Below, in pieces: positions 44,996 to 53,896 of a DNA stretch of 64,000 bases. This stretch comes from a virus. Taxonomy: Duplodnaviria; Heunggongvirae; Uroviricota; Caudoviricetes. The stretch's first letter is position 1; every line of letters starts with the position of its first letter. The position numbers and the translations under genes were made by a program. A model generated the notes under the pieces. The model ran no database searches. It was given only the letters and a program-made list of their open reading frames with translations, and had not been told where the DNA came from. The stretch lies in the IMG/VR virus record IMGVR_UViG_3300026521_000571; one strand, given 5' to 3'.

Positions 44996-45906
44996 AGACA
45001 TTAGGTATAGATATTGGATACAGTAGTACAAAAATTGCTTATGATGGACAATTTTATAAATTACCAACGGCTGTAAGTTTTGCAATGGATACCGGAATTG
45101 ATTACGGTGAAGGTTGTATAATTAATTTCGAAGGTGAGCAGCTTTATATAGGTGAAGCTGCTGTATCTGAAGAGAGTTTTACTACGACAGATTATAAGTT
45201 TAAATACAAGTATGATCCAGCGATAATTTATCATATTTTGGTAAAATTAAATCTAATTGAAGATGCAAAAAATGGGAATCTAGTTCTTGCCCTTGGTTTG
45301 GCTCTCGCTGATTGGAAAAATAAAGATGAGTACTTAGAAAGAGTTTCTAATTTCACAATTGATGAAGTAGCTCTTTCTTTTAAAAATATAAATCTAATTC
45401 CTCAAGGAGCTGGAGCTTATATCAATTATATTACTAATAATGGTGGTAATCATCCAAGTAACTGTTCTGTAATTGATATCGGATATAACACAATAAACTT
45501 CTTGTATTTCGAGGGCGGGCAACCGAAAAAGGCACAATGCAAATCATTCCCAGGTCATGGAGTTAGTTCAATTATTAGACCAATGACAAATCATCTTGAA
45601 GCAAATTACGGAATGTCTTTTTCTGAGCAAGAAGTAATTAAAATATTTCAAAATGAAAAGTTTATTTTTAACGGAGTGCCTCAAGAAAATATTACAAAAA
45701 CCATAATTGAATTAAAACAACAGTTCGTTAAAAAATTATTCAGTAGTATCTTAACATCTGAGAAAAAATTACTTGCTACATCTGAAGTTGTATTATTTGC
45801 CGGAGGTGGATGTTATTTGCTTGAAAATATTAAGTTCCCTCCGAATGTTAAGTTCGTAAATAAACCTTATGAACATGCAAATGTTCTTGGTTATATAGGC
45901 AAATGA
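44992..45906 (+). CDS. Actin-like ATPase of the ParM/StbA/Alp family
   Basis: Phosphate-1 GIDIGYSSTKIA; phosphate-2 VIDIGYNTINF; adenosine motif VLFAGGG; size 304 aa typical of ParM-like proteins. Confidence 0.7.
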   Translation: MKTLGIDIGYSSTKIAYDGQFYKLPTAVSFAMDTGIDYGEGCIINFEGEQLYIGEAAVSEESFTTTDYKFKYKYDPAIIYHILVKLNLIEDAKNGNLVLALGLALADWKNKDEYLERVSNFTIDEVALSFKNINLIPQGAGAYINYITNNGGNHPSNCSVIDIGYNTINFLYFEGGQPKKAQCKSFPGHGVSSIIRPMTNHLEANYGMSFSEQEVIKIFQNEKFIFNGVPQENITKTIIELKQQFVKKLFSSILTSEKKLLATSEVVLFAGGGCYLLENIKFPPNVKFVNKPYEHANVLGYIGK

Positions 45907-45920
45907 GGTAAATGAGGTAA

Positions 45921-46514
45921 ATGATGATTATAGGATTTACTGGAGAAAAAGGAAGCGGTAAAGATACTGCTGCTTCTTTTTTAGAAGATTTAATATATTT
46001 TTATAAACCCGAGCTTTTTGTAAGTAAAAATGCTTTCGCTACTCCACTTAAGAAAATAATTCATGGAACATTCGGAATTAGTGATGAAGAAGCAGAAGTG
46101 TTAAAAAGAACTCAAGTGAAATTATTTAATGGTTTAACATTAAGAGAAGTTTACCAAAATCTAGGGGAATCAATGAAATCAATTCACGGTCCTGATGTTT
46201 GGGTAAATATTTTAAAAGAAACTATAGAAAAAGAACATCTTTCCCTAGGCAATAATGTTATTCAAATAGTTACTGATGTTAGGTATCATAATGAGCAAAG
46301 AGGACTCGAAGATTTTTCAGAAAAATATAAAGTTGATTTTAAATTAATTAAGCTAGTTAATTTAAATCAGGAATCTCAAGATGATAAAGAAGATAATCAT
46401 ATAAGTGAAAGATTAGAGGGCATTGAGCCAGATTATATTATAGAAGCAAAATCAGTTCAAGAAATAGAAGAAAAAATAAAGGATATTTATGCAAGATTAT
46501 TCACAACCATATAA
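45921..46514 (+). CDS. P-loop nucleotide kinase, T4 gp1 dNMP kinase-like
   Basis: N-terminal IIGFTGEKGSGKDTAASFL resembles the T4 gp1 N-terminus; 197 aa. Confidence 0.5.
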   Translation: MMIIGFTGEKGSGKDTAASFLEDLIYFYKPELFVSKNAFATPLKKIIHGTFGISDEEAEVLKRTQVKLFNGLTLREVYQNLGESMKSIHGPDVWVNILKETIEKEHLSLGNNVIQIVTDVRYHNEQRGLEDFSEKYKVDFKLIKLVNLNQESQDDKEDNHISERLEGIEPDYIIEAKSVQEIEEKIKDIYARLFTTI

Positions 46515-46836
46515 TCCAGTTATGCAGCCGGCACAACAACCAGCTCCTCAACAACAGGCTACAAGAAGTGGTGGTTTTCAACCAGATGCAAATACAAGAG
46601 AAATACTTTCTAAAGTTCATCCAGAATTGACGAACGCTATGATTTGCTTAGCAATTAAAAAGTTCAGTCTAACAGAAGATTATTTAGATTTCTTTGTAAG
46701 AGATGAATTCAAGCAAATTGTTGAGGAAATTCAAGAAAATTCAAAAACTGAAGCAAAAAAAGAACAAGTTGAGGAAGTTACTCCTCAACAACCGCAGCCT
46801 GCTCAACAAGCGGCAGTAAGTTTTGATTCGTGGTAG
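46489..46836 (+). CDS. Hypothetical Gln/Pro-rich protein (115 aa)
   Basis: ORF; low-complexity ends. Confidence 0.4.
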   Translation: MQDYSQPYNPVMQPAQQPAPQQQATRSGGFQPDANTREILSKVHPELTNAMICLAIKKFSLTEDYLDFFVRDEFKQIVEEIQENSKTEAKKEQVEEVTPQQPQPAQQAAVSFDSW

Positions 46837-47740
46837 ATTCTTCCACTACTATATCAACATCAATGACCGATGGATCTTTCCAGCCTGTTATATAACCAGC
46901 CACAATATCAAACTGCGCTTGGTTTGTAATACATTCCATGCAAGGCCCATCAGTTACTTTTAAATCAATTTTCAGTCCTTTTTGAATCTCTTCGATTGTA
47001 AAATCATTGAGGTTCAAAATTGTACTACATTGATTAAACTCTCCGAAAATTACTCTTCCTGTCTCCATTACAAGTGGTTTGCAGAAACTAGCCCGGCTAT
47101 TTTCTTTAACCAAATTAATTCCTTTTACCAAATCTCCCTGGTGCTTTTGAACACCACTATACATGTTAAAGCAACTAGTTCCTTGACGGAATATAATTCC
47201 GTACTCTTTTGCTTTATCCATATTTTTCAGTGCTCTACCAACAGGCTCTATCCCTAATTCAAGCTCTTCGAAAAAAAGAACTCTGCTGTGCAAATTCTGC
47301 TCCAAGAATTTATAAAGCTCATCCATATTTGATTTAACTTTATTATAATCTGGATATATTTCTGGAACCGAAGTTACCTGTACTAATAAATTTTCGTACT
47401 TCAATAAAAATTTCTGGAGTTTTTTATTGAATTTTTTATCGAAGTTAGAACCATTTGTAAGTAATACCACAGGAATATTTGAAAACTCTTTAAGTGTTTT
47501 TTTTAGGAACTTCCAGAATTTTGGGTGAGATGTTGGCTCACCTCCACTGACATTTAATGTCGTAAGAGATGTTATACTCTTAGCAAACGCTAGAGTTTTT
47601 TTAAACATCTCTTTTGACATATGTTCTCCTCTTGGGGTGCTGTCTTGCATACAATGCCAGCACCCCATTTCACAATAATTAGTGAGTCTTATTGTCATCC
47701 TAATCTCCTTGGATTTCTTTCTCTTCAGCCTCGAGCTCAA
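46778..47740 (-). CDS. Radical SAM enzyme (320 aa) with extra C-terminal cysteines
   Basis: CEMGCWHC (CxxxCxxC) cluster motif; GGEP SAM-binding motif; C-terminal Cys residues (CFNMY ... SFCKP ... NQCST ... GPCMEC) suggest an auxiliary cluster. Confidence 0.8.
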   Translation of the reverse strand: MSSRLKRKKSKEIRMTIRLTNYCEMGCWHCMQDSTPRGEHMSKEMFKKTLAFAKSITSLTTLNVSGGEPTSHPKFWKFLKKTLKEFSNIPVVLLTNGSNFDKKFNKKLQKFLLKYENLLVQVTSVPEIYPDYNKVKSNMDELYKFLEQNLHSRVLFFEELELGIEPVGRALKNMDKAKEYGIIFRQGTSCFNMYSGVQKHQGDLVKGINLVKENSRASFCKPLVMETGRVIFGEFNQCSTILNLNDFTIEEIQKGLKIDLKVTDGPCMECITNQAQFDIVAGYITGWKDPSVIDVDIVVEESTTNQNLLPLVEQAAVVEE

Positions 47741-48122
47741 GGCTTTCGAAATTTAATTTTTCTTGTCGCGCCATCTTTTGCGAAATTTCAATTCCTCTGA
47801 AATTATCTTTCCAAAGGAATATTTCACCACATGCTTGTGATTTTATTGCAAGTAGTTTAATTAACTCCAATCTAATTCTAGAACTACCTTCGATTCCAGA
47901 TACATAAACTTTACCGTATCTGTTTTGAGGACGTCTATCCTCAAAAACTGGGCAACTAGTTGTCCCGAAATCAAAAGCAGTACCTCTTCTAAGAATCAGC
48001 TGTTTACCGTATTTGAGTTCTTTAGCACTCAAATTAAAGTTCCAACATCTGGAACCTTCATCGTTCCAGAATCTACATGATTTACACATTTTTATTTCTT
48101 TTTCTACTCTTGTCATTTTCAT
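47700..48122 (-). CDS. Cys-rich small protein (140 aa) overlapping the start of the radical SAM gene
   Basis: N-terminal CKSCRFW ... RCW zinc-ribbon-like cysteines; 41-bp overlap implies co-translation. Confidence 0.5.
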   Translation of the reverse strand: MKMTRVEKEIKMCKSCRFWNDEGSRCWNFNLSAKELKYGKQLILRRGTAFDFGTTSCPVFEDRRPQNRYGKVYVSGIEGSSRIRLELIKLLAIKSQACGEIFLWKDNFRGIEISQKMARQEKLNFESLELEAEEKEIQGD

Positions 48123-48158
48123 TTCCTTTTAATTTCTTTTTAATTTAATCATATTGCA

Positions 48159-48893
48159 TCATATTGCATCATTATTTAAAAACCCAAAAAGAGTATCTCT
48201 TAGGCGGCTAGGTGCCTCAACAATACTTTTTTTATCATCATCAGCTGCCTGTTTTAAACAACCAGCATCTATAAAATTTTGTGTGCTTGATTCAAGTTTC
48301 TCCAAATATTTTCCCATTTTTAATAGTTCAATATTTTTATCAACCTCATAATCTGGCCCAGCCGCTTGTAAAATACCAGCTCTAAAAGAAAGTCTAGAAA
48401 ATCTTTCAATCCATGAAGATAGTCTAATATTTAACACTCGACATTGAGCATCATAATTAGACTGACTTTCTTTAGGTATTACATTTTTATTTAGATTATA
48501 AATCCTTTTGCCAGCTCCAGAATTTGGATCTGTGTAATCCTTACATTCATTCATTAATAGTACGGTTTTTAATGAATGAAAAACAAGAAACGAGTTTTTA
48601 TTAACAGCAATTGAATCATCTTGAGTTATATATAACTCATCTTCAATTGATTTACATGTTTTCTCTGGGAGTCCATTTCCCGGCTCCATTACTGCAGCCA
48701 CACCCAAATAGCTTAATTGGTCGTATTTCATACCCTCTATAGATTGGATATAAAAATCCCAAATAACCCTCTGGCCTTTATCTGAAATTTTATAATTTAG
48801 AGAATCGTCCGACTTTGCTTCAATCGAAGCACCAATTACGATTGCAATAGCCATCATCAATCCCAATACTAAATCTTTTGTATATTTACTCAT
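48159..48893 (-). CDS. Secreted protein (244 aa) with signal peptide
   Basis: N-terminal LVLGLMMAIAIVIGASIEA signal-like segment; AAGGAAA RBS. Confidence 0.55.
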   Translation of the reverse strand: MSKYTKDLVLGLMMAIAIVIGASIEAKSDDSLNYKISDKGQRVIWDFYIQSIEGMKYDQLSYLGVAAVMEPGNGLPEKTCKSIEDELYITQDDSIAVNKNSFLVFHSLKTVLLMNECKDYTDPNSGAGKRIYNLNKNVIPKESQSNYDAQCRVLNIRLSSWIERFSRLSFRAGILQAAGPDYEVDKNIELLKMGKYLEKLESSTQNFIDAGCLKQAADDDKKSIVEAPSRLRDTLFGFLNNDAI

Positions 48894-48915
48894 TACAATT
48901 TCCTTTTTAATTTTA

Positions 48916-49100
48916 TTTTATTTTATTTTAAAAAAAATAGATGATTTATAACCCGCTGTCTCTGCGGCGTATGTTTAGTACCCAAGACTAACGCACATTG
49001 GCTGTTAGTGAATACCAGAGCATACATACAGTTTTTGATAACTAAAGTTACTGTATAAACTTTAGCCAAGCACCCGACAACTTAATGCCGGACCTGGAAG
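48916..49100. repeat. Copy 2 of the ~185-bp element, 100% identical to 23860..24044
   Basis: Base-by-base identity. Confidence 0.9.
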
Positions 49101-49255
49101 GTTAATCTTTTATTGACACCTCTAACTATTTTCCTTTCCGATCCATATCCCGCTCGGTTGGGTAGAAATATCCCTTACACGGTTGACGACGCCAATTTCA
49201 TTATCTATAGCTTACGCTATCTCCTTATGAAATTAACGTCTGGCAATTGCTGTCC

Positions 49256-49603
49256 TCAGACTCTGAAGAAACCAGCTTTCGCCGTAACAACTCTCTTTTC
49301 AGAAAGTTTAGTCCATCCGTTCTTTGTAGCTCTAAGACCACTCTGAACAGGTGAAACACCTTCCTGACAGAAAGTTGTTACATGAAGAACAGTCCCTGAC
49401 CCTTGATGAGTCAGGCGTTCTCCATTTGGTAATTCTACCTCAACGATATCGCATGCGACATCGTTATCTTGGTATTTACCAACGACGAAAAGCTTTACTT
49501 CAGTTCCTTCCGGAACAGGCAACTTGCACTTTCCAGGAGCGAACTCCCAAGTGCAATGCAACCCATTTTCCAGAAAGAAAGCTGAGTATATTGCTTTTGC
49601 CAT
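49256..49603 (-). CDS. Small protein (115 aa) in a GC-rich island with foreign codon usage
   Basis: Very strong Shine-Dalgarno (AAAGGAGGATAA then ATG); GC-rich codons; no recognised motif. Confidence 0.55.
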   Translation of the reverse strand: MAKAIYSAFFLENGLHCTWEFAPGKCKLPVPEGTEVKLFVVGKYQDNDVACDIVEVELPNGERLTHQGSGTVLHVTTFCQEGVSPVQSGLRATKNGWTKLSEKRVVTAKAGFFRV

Positions 49604-50350
49604 TTATCCTCCTTTCTGGGTAATGACTTAGGAGACATCACCACCCGAAGATAAGATTTTAGCCCATATCCTCTTTTAGGACATTTACCGATATTGTGGT
49701 TTAGAGGACCAAGTCGACCTTGGACGCCCACACGCTCGGTTAACACGCATCGCAGACTACTCACCTCAATTGGAGGCTTCTTTGTGTTTTACACATTGTC
49801 CCTACGACGACATCAGCAACCAGTTTAACCTACTACTGGAAAGAAATAATTCTACTAAAACATCCAATGATATCATAGTAGAATTATTATATTATACACG
49901 TACTCGAGACGAATCTCGAGATTATAACGCCTGCTGGCCAACAGGTTATCCCTTTTGATGCTTTTCACATCAGGCGGACAGTCTAAACTCTCCAACTTAT
50001 ATAGTTATTAATTCCCATATAAGTAGTATTTTGCCGAAATCCGAAGATACGACATGTTTTATGTATATTAAATACTAGAATATACAACCATTATTTAAAG
50101 TTCTAGGGGAACCCGCACAATATAATTAGACTTTTTATCAGACTATCTTTGACTAATGTCCTTTCGATAATCTTCAATACTAATCTAATTGTATGAATTG
50201 CACTAGAGATAGCATACACTTATCTCCTAAAAATACTTCAGAGCAATAAATTACTCCTTGTACTTTCAATAATATTATTTATATACTTCAAGAAGTTATT
50301 CTAAAATAATAAAATGTCCAAAACAAACATTAATACATAGAGGAGTTCAA

Positions 50351-50692
50351 ATGCAACTTAGTAAAGTACATGTGACAATTAAACGGGCTTTGAAAGAGCT
50401 CAAGAATTATTATAATCAAGAGAATATATCAGCAGACGATATTAATTTATGGAATGATCTTGTTAGATTGAGAAATTTATATCCAACTTTTGACAATGGT
50501 TACACTAGAGTTCAAACTAACTCCAATCAAGAGAATACTGTTGTAGATCTGGAAGATTCTGTATCCGGCATCAGATATGTTTCTGAATCTGAATTAGTCA
50601 GACTTTTTGAAGAGACTTGGGAGAATCAAGACCTTCCTGAATTATTAAATCTCCCAGAGAAAATTATAGTTCCGTATAACTGTAAAGAATAA
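50351..50692 (+). CDS. Hypothetical protein (113 aa)
   Basis: ORF with GGAG RBS downstream of the promoter-like element. Confidence 0.5.
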   Translation: MQLSKVHVTIKRALKELKNYYNQENISADDINLWNDLVRLRNLYPTFDNGYTRVQTNSNQENTVVDLEDSVSGIRYVSESELVRLFEETWENQDLPELLNLPEKIIVPYNCKE

Positions 50693-50704
50693 TAAAGGAT
50701 AATA

Positions 50705-51508
50705 ATGTATATATTACCACAAGATTTAAATAATTGGCAGAAGATTGCATCAACAGATCCATATTTTGAACACGTTGATCCATCCAAATATAAATATATT
50801 CCGGCGAAGAATTTTAAAGCTGATTTTATATCCGACTATAGAAATACAATTATTGATTTGAATAGGATACCCACTGTATCAAGCACCCTGATTGAGAATT
50901 ATTATAATCAACATCAAGATGAGTACCCCAATTCAAAAGAAGATATTTTGACGCAAGAAGAAATAGACGCCTCAAAAGAAGATCAAGAATATATACCTGA
51001 AATTGATTATTTTTTACCTAGGAGTGCTTTGAGTGCAGCATCAACTGTTTTTAATAATTCAATGATTGATCCAAGAGATATGCTGTATATAAAAGACAAT
51101 AAAATCCTCAGCGGATTAGGGCATGAAGTTGGAACTTTCGAGACTCAGGATTCCCCACCAAAAGTTACATCTGATTTCCAAAATAAAAATACAATGTATA
51201 CAAAAGCATTCAAAATCCCAAGGAACTTTATAAAAAATAATATAGTTCGTGTAGATAAAATTATTCATTGGTCTGAGACTCCTGAAAGTTTTAAAATTCC
51301 TAGTTGGCAATATAATGATAAAGTCATAATACCTGATTTTCATTGTAAACAATTTGCACCGGAATGTCCTTTTAGATTTCCTGATTGTAGATTCCAGTAT
51401 AATAAATGCTTCTTTATTATATCTCCTGTTTACGCAGCCTCAAAAGACGCAACAGGTATTAATACAACAAGCGAAGAATTTACATTCAGAGATGAGGTAA
51501 AAATATAA
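50705..51508 (+). CDS. Hypothetical protein (267 aa)
   Basis: ORF with AAGGA RBS. Confidence 0.55.
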   Translation: MYILPQDLNNWQKIASTDPYFEHVDPSKYKYIPAKNFKADFISDYRNTIIDLNRIPTVSSTLIENYYNQHQDEYPNSKEDILTQEEIDASKEDQEYIPEIDYFLPRSALSAASTVFNNSMIDPRDMLYIKDNKILSGLGHEVGTFETQDSPPKVTSDFQNKNTMYTKAFKIPRNFIKNNIVRVDKIIHWSETPESFKIPSWQYNDKVIIPDFHCKQFAPECPFRFPDCRFQYNKCFFIISPVYAASKDATGINTTSEEFTFRDEVKI

Positions 51509-51897
51509 TGCAAAATATAAATAATTTTGAAAAATATAAAAATTATATTATTAGAACGGATAAGAATATTGTCGAGATAGTTAGATATGTTAGAGAATAT
51601 TATTCTAAAAAATATAAAGCAACCTTGGTTCCTTTTTGGAAAACTGTTTATGATGATTTAAAAGATGGTAGAAATGGTGCTAAAATATCCGCAGAATATA
51701 TTAGGCAATGCTTCTTTCTTGAATCAGGAGATGTAAATAAATTAGATAAAACAGAATTCAATACTGACGTAACCTTTCTATGTAACCCTGGAAGAGGTGG
51801 TTTTTCAGATGCTTTTTCTTTTAAAGATTTTGATGTAATTTATAATGATTGTGAGAGAAGTTTTGATAGCGATCATGATAGTGATTTTGGTGTTTAA
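51508..51897 (+). CDS. Hypothetical protein (129 aa)
   Basis: Start overlaps the upstream stop. Confidence 0.5.
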   Translation: MQNINNFEKYKNYIIRTDKNIVEIVRYVREYYSKKYKATLVPFWKTVYDDLKDGRNGAKISAEYIRQCFFLESGDVNKLDKTEFNTDVTFLCNPGRGGFSDAFSFKDFDVIYNDCERSFDSDHDSDFGV

Positions 51898-51911
51898 TAG
51901 GGGGAATTAAT

Positions 51912-52322
51912 ATGTTTAGTCTTTTAAAAAATAGAATTGTGTTAGTTGTAACTGCAACACTTGTGACCTTAGTCACTTTAGAATTCATTAAATTAAAATA
52001 TAATTTAAATACAACCACTAAAGAAAAAGAGGTTTTGCAGATAAAAGTTGAATCATTGACATCTGAGATGAAATATAATGAAAAACAATGTGAGTCGAAA
52101 ATAACTCAATTGCAAAATGAATCCGATTTTAATCTGGCACAAGAAATGATTAAGGATATTACAACAAACGTTGATGTATCCAATACAGTAGATATTCCAG
52201 AAATTCATGAAATATCTGAGAATATTCACAAGCAACCTAAGTCATCTAAGAAGCCAAAACAATCCAATTCTTATAAAAAGAAACCAACAATTCATGTTAA
52301 AGAAGGTTATTATAAATTATGA
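51912..52322 (+). CDS. Membrane-anchored coiled-coil protein (136 aa)
   Basis: N-terminal TM helix IVLVVTATLVTLVTL; GGGG RBS. Confidence 0.5.
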   Translation: MFSLLKNRIVLVVTATLVTLVTLEFIKLKYNLNTTTKEKEVLQIKVESLTSEMKYNEKQCESKITQLQNESDFNLAQEMIKDITTNVDVSNTVDIPEIHEISENIHKQPKSSKKPKQSNSYKKKPTIHVKEGYYKL

Positions 52323-52615
52323 AAACGATTATAATATTTTTTAGTATTTTATCTATTGGATTTTTAACTGGTTGTCAAGAGAAAGTGGTTTATATTTATC
52401 CGGAATACCCAAAGACAAAAATTATTCCTAGGATTAAATCTGTCCCAATTAAAGTAAATAAAGATGGTTGTATTGATTATAAAAGTACACCGAAGGTTTT
52501 TAAATTAATTAAACAACTTAGAGTTAAAGAAAACTATAGTGATAAAGCACTCAAACGATTGAATGAATTCAGTGCCGAAATATCCAATAAGAATAAGAAT
52601 AAGGAGACGAAGTGA
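52319..52615 (+). CDS. Putative lipoprotein (98 aa)
   Basis: Signal peptide with lipobox LTGC (MKTIIIFFSILSIGFLTGCQE). Confidence 0.55.
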   Translation: MKTIIIFFSILSIGFLTGCQEKVVYIYPEYPKTKIIPRIKSVPIKVNKDGCIDYKSTPKVFKLIKQLRVKENYSDKALKRLNEFSAEISNKNKNKETK

Positions 52616-53895
52616 AATTCCCTACAAAATTTTCGCTTGATGATATAGAAGAATATTTTCCGACCAATGTGAAAAGAAACATTACTGCAGAAAAGGTAAG
52701 AGCTTTTTTTAAAACAGTAGTTGAAGGACAGTATAATTTTTTAACTAAGTATTCTTGGAGTGAGAATGTTTACGCGTATTATTTAGGTGATGTTCCTAGA
52801 TCAAATGATATTGCATTGCCTGGTCCTTTTGGTGTTGACTTTAGTTTTAGAAGTCAGCCTGCTTTTAAACCTGCTTTTAAACCAGTTAGTATTAAAACAT
52901 CCGCGTCAGAAAGACCGATGGTGCTTAATGCGATTAAAAAAGATAAACCTGATGATAGAGACTATATTTATAAAGGTCCTTTGAAAGATAGTGAGTTACC
53001 TTCAAATGTTGACCTTAGAGAGTATGCTGATGAAATTGAAGATCAAGGGCATATTGGCTCTTGTGTTGGAAATGCAACTTCGAGTGGTTTAGAACTCTAT
53101 TGTCATGCTCAACTTGATAAATCAGATATAAATTTCTCAAGACTTTTCGTGTACTGGAATGCTAGAGAACTTGGTGGTATTGAAGGAGACAATGGTGCAT
53201 ATCTAAGAGATGGAATGAAATCTTGTAATAAGTATGGAATTTGTCACGAAGCTGATTGGAAATACAATGAAGCTGAAGTAAATACAAAACCACCACATGA
53301 AGCTTATGAGGCGGCTGCAGCCAATGTTGTAACTAAGTATGAAAGAATCGAAGTCAGTGATATTAATTCTTTTAAAAGTTATTTATCTCGGGAAAGAAAA
53401 TCAATACTTATTGGTATGGGACTTGGAGAAAAATTTCTAGATATTAGTGGCTCATTATCTGAGCAAAATTATCCAGCAATTAATGATTCGGATAATAAAT
53501 TGATTGGTGGGCATGCAATAAATGTTGTTGGTTATGATGATAACCTCAATGGTGGTAGTTTTATAGTTGAAAATAGCTGGGGTACTCGATGGGGGGATAA
53601 CGGATATTTTGCTTTAAAATACAGCGTATGGGAAGCTGATGGATGGGATGCTTGGGTTGCAACAGAATTCAAATATCAAATGGATTCAGATGATCCAGAT
53701 TATATTGATGTACCAGAGCCAGTTGACCCAAGCTCTGATGTTTTCGTCAAAAGACAGGCTCCAGCTAAAGTTACACGATCTGATGAAAGATGGGAATATT
53801 TAGAGGAACATCTGGATGATATTTTTGGTGCCAATTCGAGTTCAATGTCAACATCAACACCAAATCTAAAAACTATTTTTAAAAAGGGAGTTTAA
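52612..53895 (+). CDS. Papain-like cysteine peptidase (C1 family) with N- and C-terminal extensions
   Basis: Catalytic triad contexts: Q/Cys DQGHIGSCVGNA, His GGHAINVVGYDD, Asn/Trp ENSWGTRWGDNGYF, matching papain blocks. Confidence 0.8.
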   Translation: MKFPTKFSLDDIEEYFPTNVKRNITAEKVRAFFKTVVEGQYNFLTKYSWSENVYAYYLGDVPRSNDIALPGPFGVDFSFRSQPAFKPAFKPVSIKTSASERPMVLNAIKKDKPDDRDYIYKGPLKDSELPSNVDLREYADEIEDQGHIGSCVGNATSSGLELYCHAQLDKSDINFSRLFVYWNARELGGIEGDNGAYLRDGMKSCNKYGICHEADWKYNEAEVNTKPPHEAYEAAAANVVTKYERIEVSDINSFKSYLSRERKSILIGMGLGEKFLDISGSLSEQNYPAINDSDNKLIGGHAINVVGYDDNLNGGSFIVENSWGTRWGDNGYFALKYSVWEADGWDAWVATEFKYQMDSDDPDYIDVPEPVDPSSDVFVKRQAPAKVTRSDERWEYLEEHLDDIFGANSSSMSTSTPNLKTIFKKGV

Positions 53896-53896
53896 T

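Noticed and set aside
49113-49764. Overlapping ORFs 49113..49346 (+), 49351..49623 (+) and 49495..49764 (-) in GC island 2
   Set aside because: They are mutually exclusive and none has an SD. Only 49256..49603 (-) has a canonical strong RBS. The remainder is treated as possible leader or ncRNA.
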